From Desulfosoma sp. (GTDB taxonomy: Bacteria > Desulfobacterota > Syntrophobacteria > Syntrophobacterales > DSM-9756), in the NCBI GenBank assembly GCA_037481835.1, contig JBBFKW010000006.1, positions 96,001-160,000 on the forward strand: DNA of 64,000 nt. The letters are read 5' to 3'. Each line of letters starts with the position of its first letter. Position 1 is the first letter of the stretch. Shown piece after piece: positions 59,634 to 64,000 of this stretch. The position numbers were made by a program, and so were the translations under genes. The notes beneath the pieces are model-generated. The model saw nothing but the letters and a program-made list of their open reading frames with translations, ran no database searches and was not told the origin of the DNA.

Positions 59634-60998
59634 TTACCCGAACAGGCGTTTGACGGCTTCGGCGACTGAACGCACCCCGAGGCATACCCCTTGGGGATCG
59701 CAGGCGGCCAGCTGTTCCTGATTGCCGCGGGGACAAACCACGGTTCGAAACCCCAAGGAGACCGCCTCGGCGAGACGCCTCGCCGCGTGCCCCACGCCGC
59801 GCACTTCCCCCGACAGGCCCACTTCCCCCCAGGCCACGAGATCCTCGGGCAAGGGGGCATCCATGGCGGACCCGGCCACGGCCAGAACCACCGCAAGATC
59901 CGCGGCGGTTTCGGTGAGTTTCACACCGCCCGCCACGTTGACAAAGACGTCCTGCTGGAGAAAACTGAATCCCGCCTTTTTTTCCAGCACGGCCAGGAGC
60001 AAGGACACGCGGTTGGCATCCACGCCCATGAAGGTGCGTCGCGGCTGCGCCCAGCCGCTGGACGACACCAGAGCCTGCACTTCCACCAGAATGGGCCGCG
60101 TGCCTTCCATGGCGCAGACGACCACGGACCCGGAAACCCCTTTGGGCCGTTCGGCCAGGAGGAACCGGGACGGGTTGGGCACCTGCTCCAAACCCGTTTC
60201 CTTCATTTCGAAGACACCGATTTCGTTGGTGGATCCGAACCGGTTCTTGACCGCTCGAAGGAGCCGGAACGTGTGGCTGCGGTCCCCTTCCAGGTACAGG
60301 ACCGCATCCACCAAGTGTTCCAGGACGCGCGGCCCGGCCACGATCCCCTCCTTGGTCACGTGGCCCACGAGGAAGACCCCGATGTTTTTCTCCTTGGCCA
60401 GACGCTGCAGCCACGCCGCCGATTCCCTCACCTGGGATACGGACCCCGGGGCGCTTTCCAAAAGATCCAGGCGCATGGTCTGGATGGAATCCACGGCCAG
60501 GACGGCCGGAGGCCGTTTCTGCACCAGGGACTCCAGGGCGTCCAGGTTCGTTTCGGCAAGCACCCAGAGATCGTCGGTGCGTTCCAGGCCCAGGCGCTGG
60601 GCGCGGAGCTTGATCTGGGCGAGGCTTTCTTCGCCGGAGACGTAGAGCACGGGGCCGAGCCGGGCCATGCGGCCCAGGGCCTGCAGGAGCAAGGTGGACT
60701 TGCCGATCCCGGGATCTCCGGCAAGGAGAATGAGGGATCCCGGCACCAGGCCTCCTCCCAAAACCCGGTCCCATTCGTCCAGGCCTGATTTGAGGCGCAT
60801 TTCGCCGGTCACGGGCATGTCGAAAAGGCGAACCGGTTCGGCGCATGGAGCACGACCCTTGGCGGAAGAACCCGCGGGGGCGGCTTTGACGGCTTCCTGG
60901 AGCGTGTTCCAGGCCTGGCAGCCGGGACAGCGCCCGAGCCACTTGGGAGTTTCGTAGCCGCATTCCACGCATTGGAAAATCGTTTTATCTTTAACCAT
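59634..60998 (-). CDS. radA: DNA repair protein RadA/Sms
   Basis: CVECG..CPGC, GDPGIGKST, KNRFG, GEVGLSGEVR. Confidence 0.97.
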   Translation of the reverse strand: MVKDKTIFQCVECGYETPKWLGRCPGCQAWNTLQEAVKAAPAGSSAKGRAPCAEPVRLFDMPVTGEMRLKSGLDEWDRVLGGGLVPGSLILLAGDPGIGKSTLLLQALGRMARLGPVLYVSGEESLAQIKLRAQRLGLERTDDLWVLAETNLDALESLVQKRPPAVLAVDSIQTMRLDLLESAPGSVSQVRESAAWLQRLAKEKNIGVFLVGHVTKEGIVAGPRVLEHLVDAVLYLEGDRSHTFRLLRAVKNRFGSTNEIGVFEMKETGLEQVPNPSRFLLAERPKGVSGSVVVCAMEGTRPILVEVQALVSSSGWAQPRRTFMGVDANRVSLLLAVLEKKAGFSFLQQDVFVNVAGGVKLTETAADLAVVLAVAGSAMDAPLPEDLVAWGEVGLSGEVRGVGHAARRLAEAVSLGFRTVVCPRGNQEQLAACDPQGVCLGVRSVAEAVKRLFG

Positions 60999-61161
60999 AA
61001 CGAGAAACTCCCGTGACGCCGGCTGAGAAAAAACGGGCGAGCGGCCCCTTTCCGCTTAGGACTACTCCGGGACGGCGGTGATTTTCAAGTGGACAAAGGG
61101 CGCCGAGGTCGCTAGGGTCACTTTGATAGGGAAGGCAATGGGGAGCCGGGCTTGGCTGACG

Positions 61162-61190
61162 TTGACAAAAAAAGCGGGGTGGTTTATAGT
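61162..61190 (+). promoter_or_regulatory. sigma70-type promoter of trxA
   Basis: TTGACA-N17-TATAGT. Confidence 0.7.
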
Positions 61191-61282
61191 CCCCGCATTG
61201 TGAACGACGCGGCACAGTATGGAAAAAACCCGGAGACGGCCCCATCGGACCGCTGGCACAATTTCCAGGGAGGCGTGCACAC

Positions 61283-61615
61283 ATGGCTGGAAAGAACATC
61301 ATTGAAATCAGCGACAACAGTTTCGAACAGGAAGTGCTCCAATCCAGCATTCCGGTTCTTGTGGATTTCTGGGCGCCGTGGTGCGGTCCGTGTCGCGCCA
61401 TCGCTCCGGTCATCGATGAACTGTCCGTGGAATACGCGGGAAAGCTCAAAGTGGCCAAGTGCAACGTGGATGAAAATCCCAACACGCCCGCACGGTTCGG
61501 CATTCGGGCCATCCCGACCCTGATCATTTTCAAGAACGGCAACGTCACGGAACAGATCACGGGCGCCGTCGCCAAATCCCAGATCGCCGCCGCGGTGGAC
61601 AAGGTGGTCGCCTAA
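61283..61615 (+). CDS. trxA: Thioredoxin
   Basis: WAPWCGPC. Confidence 0.97.
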   Translation: MAGKNIIEISDNSFEQEVLQSSIPVLVDFWAPWCGPCRAIAPVIDELSVEYAGKLKVAKCNVDENPNTPARFGIRAIPTLIIFKNGNVTEQITGAVAKSQIAAAVDKVVA

Positions 61616-61698
61616 TTCTCCCTCTTCCCACAACCCAGACCGCCATGGACCTTTTTCCCGGTCCATGAACGCTCTTCACGGATGCGTGCCCATTTCCC

Positions 61699-62640
61699 AT
61701 GACAACGCCTGAACCGTACGACATGGTGATCGTGGGCGGGGGGCCGGCCGGATTGACGGCCGCCCTATACGCCTGTCGCGCCCGTTACAAAACCCTCCTG
61801 GTGGAACGGATCGGCTTGGGCGGCCAGCTCCTCACCTACGAAAAGGTGGACAACTACCCGGGTTTCCCGGAAGGGATCACCACGTTCGAACTGACGGAAC
61901 TCTTCAAAGCCCAGGCGGTGCGCTTCGGCATGGAACATCGCAGCGCCGAAGTCACGTCCATGGACGTCTCGGGCCCCGTCAAGGTCTTGCACACGGCCGA
62001 CGGCCCGATCCGGGCCAAGGCGGTGGTCATCGCCACGGGCTGCGCGCCGAGAAAACTCCAGGTCAAGGGCGAAGCCGAATTCACCGGCCGGGGGGTTTCC
62101 TACTGCGCCGTGTGCGACGGGCCCTTTTACCGCAATGAATCCGTGGCCGTCGTGGGCGGAGGGGACACGGCGGTGGAAGAAGCCGTCTACCTCACCAAGT
62201 TCGCCTCCCAGGTCCACATCATCCACCGCCGGGACGCCCTGCGGGCCGTCAAAGTCATCCAGGAAGAAGCTTTCGCCAATCCCAAGATCACCGTCCACTG
62301 GAACCGGGTCGTCACCGAAATCCACGGCGGCCCCCAAGGCGTGACGGACTTGGCCCTCCAGGATACTCTGACCGGCGACGTTTCCCGACTCGAAGTGTCC
62401 GGCGTTTTCATCTTCGTCGGCCTGATTCCCAACACCCATTGGCTTCCCGAAGCCGTCCGACGCGATCCCCTGGGATTTGTCATCACCGATGACGATATGG
62501 CCACGTCGGTTCCCGGGGTGTTCGCCGCAGGAGACGTGCGGGCCAAGACCCTCCGCCAGATCGTCACCGCCGTCGGCGACGGCGCCACGGCCGCCTTCAA
62601 CGCCGGGCGTTACATCGAATCCCCGGCCCACCACGGATAA
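61699..62640 (+). CDS. trxB: Thioredoxin reductase
   Basis: GGGPAG, SYCAVCDG, GGGDTAVEEA, FAAGDV. Confidence 0.96.
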   Translation: MTTPEPYDMVIVGGGPAGLTAALYACRARYKTLLVERIGLGGQLLTYEKVDNYPGFPEGITTFELTELFKAQAVRFGMEHRSAEVTSMDVSGPVKVLHTADGPIRAKAVVIATGCAPRKLQVKGEAEFTGRGVSYCAVCDGPFYRNESVAVVGGGDTAVEEAVYLTKFASQVHIIHRRDALRAVKVIQEEAFANPKITVHWNRVVTEIHGGPQGVTDLALQDTLTGDVSRLEVSGVFIFVGLIPNTHWLPEAVRRDPLGFVITDDDMATSVPGVFAAGDVRAKTLRQIVTAVGDGATAAFNAGRYIESPAHHG

Positions 62641-62675
62641 GGGACCTTGGATCCATCGGTCATGGAGTCCCCCCC

Positions 62676-63443
62676 ATGAAAGAGACAGCGCAGACGTCAC
62701 GACCAGAACGCATGGCGCGCTTCCTGGCGGCCCTTGCGCTCTGCACGGTGCTTCTCACCGGCTGCGGCACGAACCTTCTCAACTATTACTTCGACGACCT
62801 GTTCGATTCCGGGGATTCCATCGAGCGCACCCCGGAACAGCTGGCGTGGGAAGGCATGGAAGCCATGCGCGCCAAGAAGTACGGCAAGGCCTTGGAATCG
62901 TTCCAGAAGCTCAAAGAACGCTACCCCTACAGCAAGTACGCCATCCTGGCGGAACTCAAGATCGGGGACGCCCATTTTTACAAGAAAAACTACGAGGAAG
63001 CCGCTCTGGCCTACGAGGAATTCGCGCGGCTTCACCCCCGCAACGAAGTCATCCCGTACGTGCTGTACCAGTTGGGCATGAGCCAGTATCTCATCTCGCC
63101 GTCCGTGGACCGGGACCAGGACCAGACCCGCAAGGCCATGGAAACCTTCCGGCGGCTTATGGAGCTCTACCCCGGCACGGAATACGCCTCCAAGGCCAAA
63201 GTCCAGATCCTGGAATGCGAAAAGCGCATTGCGGCCCATGAATTCCGCATCGCCCGCATGCATTACCGCATGGGCAAGTACCGGGCCGCGGAGCTGCGCC
63301 TGACGCGGCTTCAGGAAGACTACCCGCAGGCGGTGGAAAAACTGGGCTTTCAGAAGGACATCGAAAAGATGCTCGCCGACTGTCGTGAATGCCTCAACCG
63401 TCAAGGGGACGGCAAGAGCATTTGGACTCGGCTGGGATTCTAA
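62676..63443 (+). CDS. bamD: Outer-membrane assembly lipoprotein BamD
   Basis: LLTG|C lipobox, YPYSKYA, HPRNE, DRDQDQT, AAHEFRIA. Confidence 0.88.
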   Translation: MKETAQTSRPERMARFLAALALCTVLLTGCGTNLLNYYFDDLFDSGDSIERTPEQLAWEGMEAMRAKKYGKALESFQKLKERYPYSKYAILAELKIGDAHFYKKNYEEAALAYEEFARLHPRNEVIPYVLYQLGMSQYLISPSVDRDQDQTRKAMETFRRLMELYPGTEYASKAKVQILECEKRIAAHEFRIARMHYRMGKYRAAELRLTRLQEDYPQAVEKLGFQKDIEKMLADCRECLNRQGDGKSIWTRLGF

Positions 63444-63466
63444 CGGCGGGATAAAGGGAAGGAGTC

Positions 63467-64000
63467 ATGATCGAAAACAACCACAACAACACGGCGAGCG
63501 CGGCAGCGAAGAAAGAAGTGCCCACCCACCGCGAAATGAACCTGGTGGAACTCAAGAGGCGCAACATCAAGGAACTGGTGGCTTTGGCGCGGGCCCTGCA
63601 AATCGAAGGGGCCACGTCCATGCGAAAGCAGGACCTGATCTTCGCCATCCTCCAGGCCCAGGCGGAAATGAGCGGCCTCATCTACGGCGAGGGCGTCCTG
63701 GAAATTCTTCCGGACGGCTTCGGATTCCTGCGCACCCAGGACTACAATTACCTGCCCGGGCCGGACGACATCTACGTGAGTCCGTCTCAGATCCGGCGGT
63801 TCAACCTGCGCACGGGCGATACCATTTCGGGCCAGATCCGTCCGCCCAAGGACAACGAACGCTACTTCGCCCTCCTCAAGGTCGAAGCGGTCAACTTCGA
63901 AGAACCCGAAGTGGCCAAGGACAAGATCCTCTTCGACAACCTCACGCCCATCTACCCCGATCGGCGCATTAACCTGGAAACCACGCCGGACAACTATTCC
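63467..64000 (+). CDS. rho: Transcription termination factor Rho (5' part; runs off the window)
   Basis: Manual translation: [54 protein letters not shown]. Confidence 0.97.
   Translation, partial: MIENNHNNTASAAAKKEVPTHREMNLVELKRRNIKELVALARALQIEGATSMRKQDLIFAILQAQAEMSGLIYGEGVLEILPDGFGFLRTQDYNYLPGPDDIYVSPSQIRRFNLRTGDTISGQIRPPKDNERYFALLKVEAVNFEEPEVAKDKILFDNLTPIYPDRRINLETTPDNYS

Overview
GC-rich bacterial chromosomal segment; the gene content (tandem PilT, CobA-HemD fusion, FmdB zinc ribbon, many sigma54 promoters) suggests a Desulfobacterota/deltaproteobacterium, which is an inference. From left to right: (1) a leftward membrane glycosylation cassette (GtrB-like GT2, a predicted GT-C polytopic protein, a partial DUF2079-like protein) divergent from (2) a complete Tad/Flp pilus locus with two Flp pilins, two extra lipoproteins (one FlgO-like) and an A/T-richer, Cys-rich TadG, with a GtrA-like remnant on its far side; (3) a nitrogen-control cluster: NifA-like activator, nadE, glnB, glnD, glnA, with sigma54 promoters; (4) housekeeping and cofactor genes (mlaA, hemC, cobA-hemD, gmhA, thiE-thiL-thiD, two pilT, moeA/modE, sucCD, gatB, mtnA, radA, trxAB, bamD, partial rho), plus a heptad-repeat protein, a DUF1998 helicase-exonuclease fusion and an orphan NusG paralogue. 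The non-coding DNA carries about 12 copies of a BoxC/PIT-like mirror-plus-inverted repeat (potential intrastrand triplex). Several copies anchor locus-specific tandem arrays that decay away from the anchor, and one sits in a tandem duplication of the glnA 3' end. I found no tRNA, rRNA, CRISPR array or transposase. All family calls come from motif recognition by eye; no searches were run.
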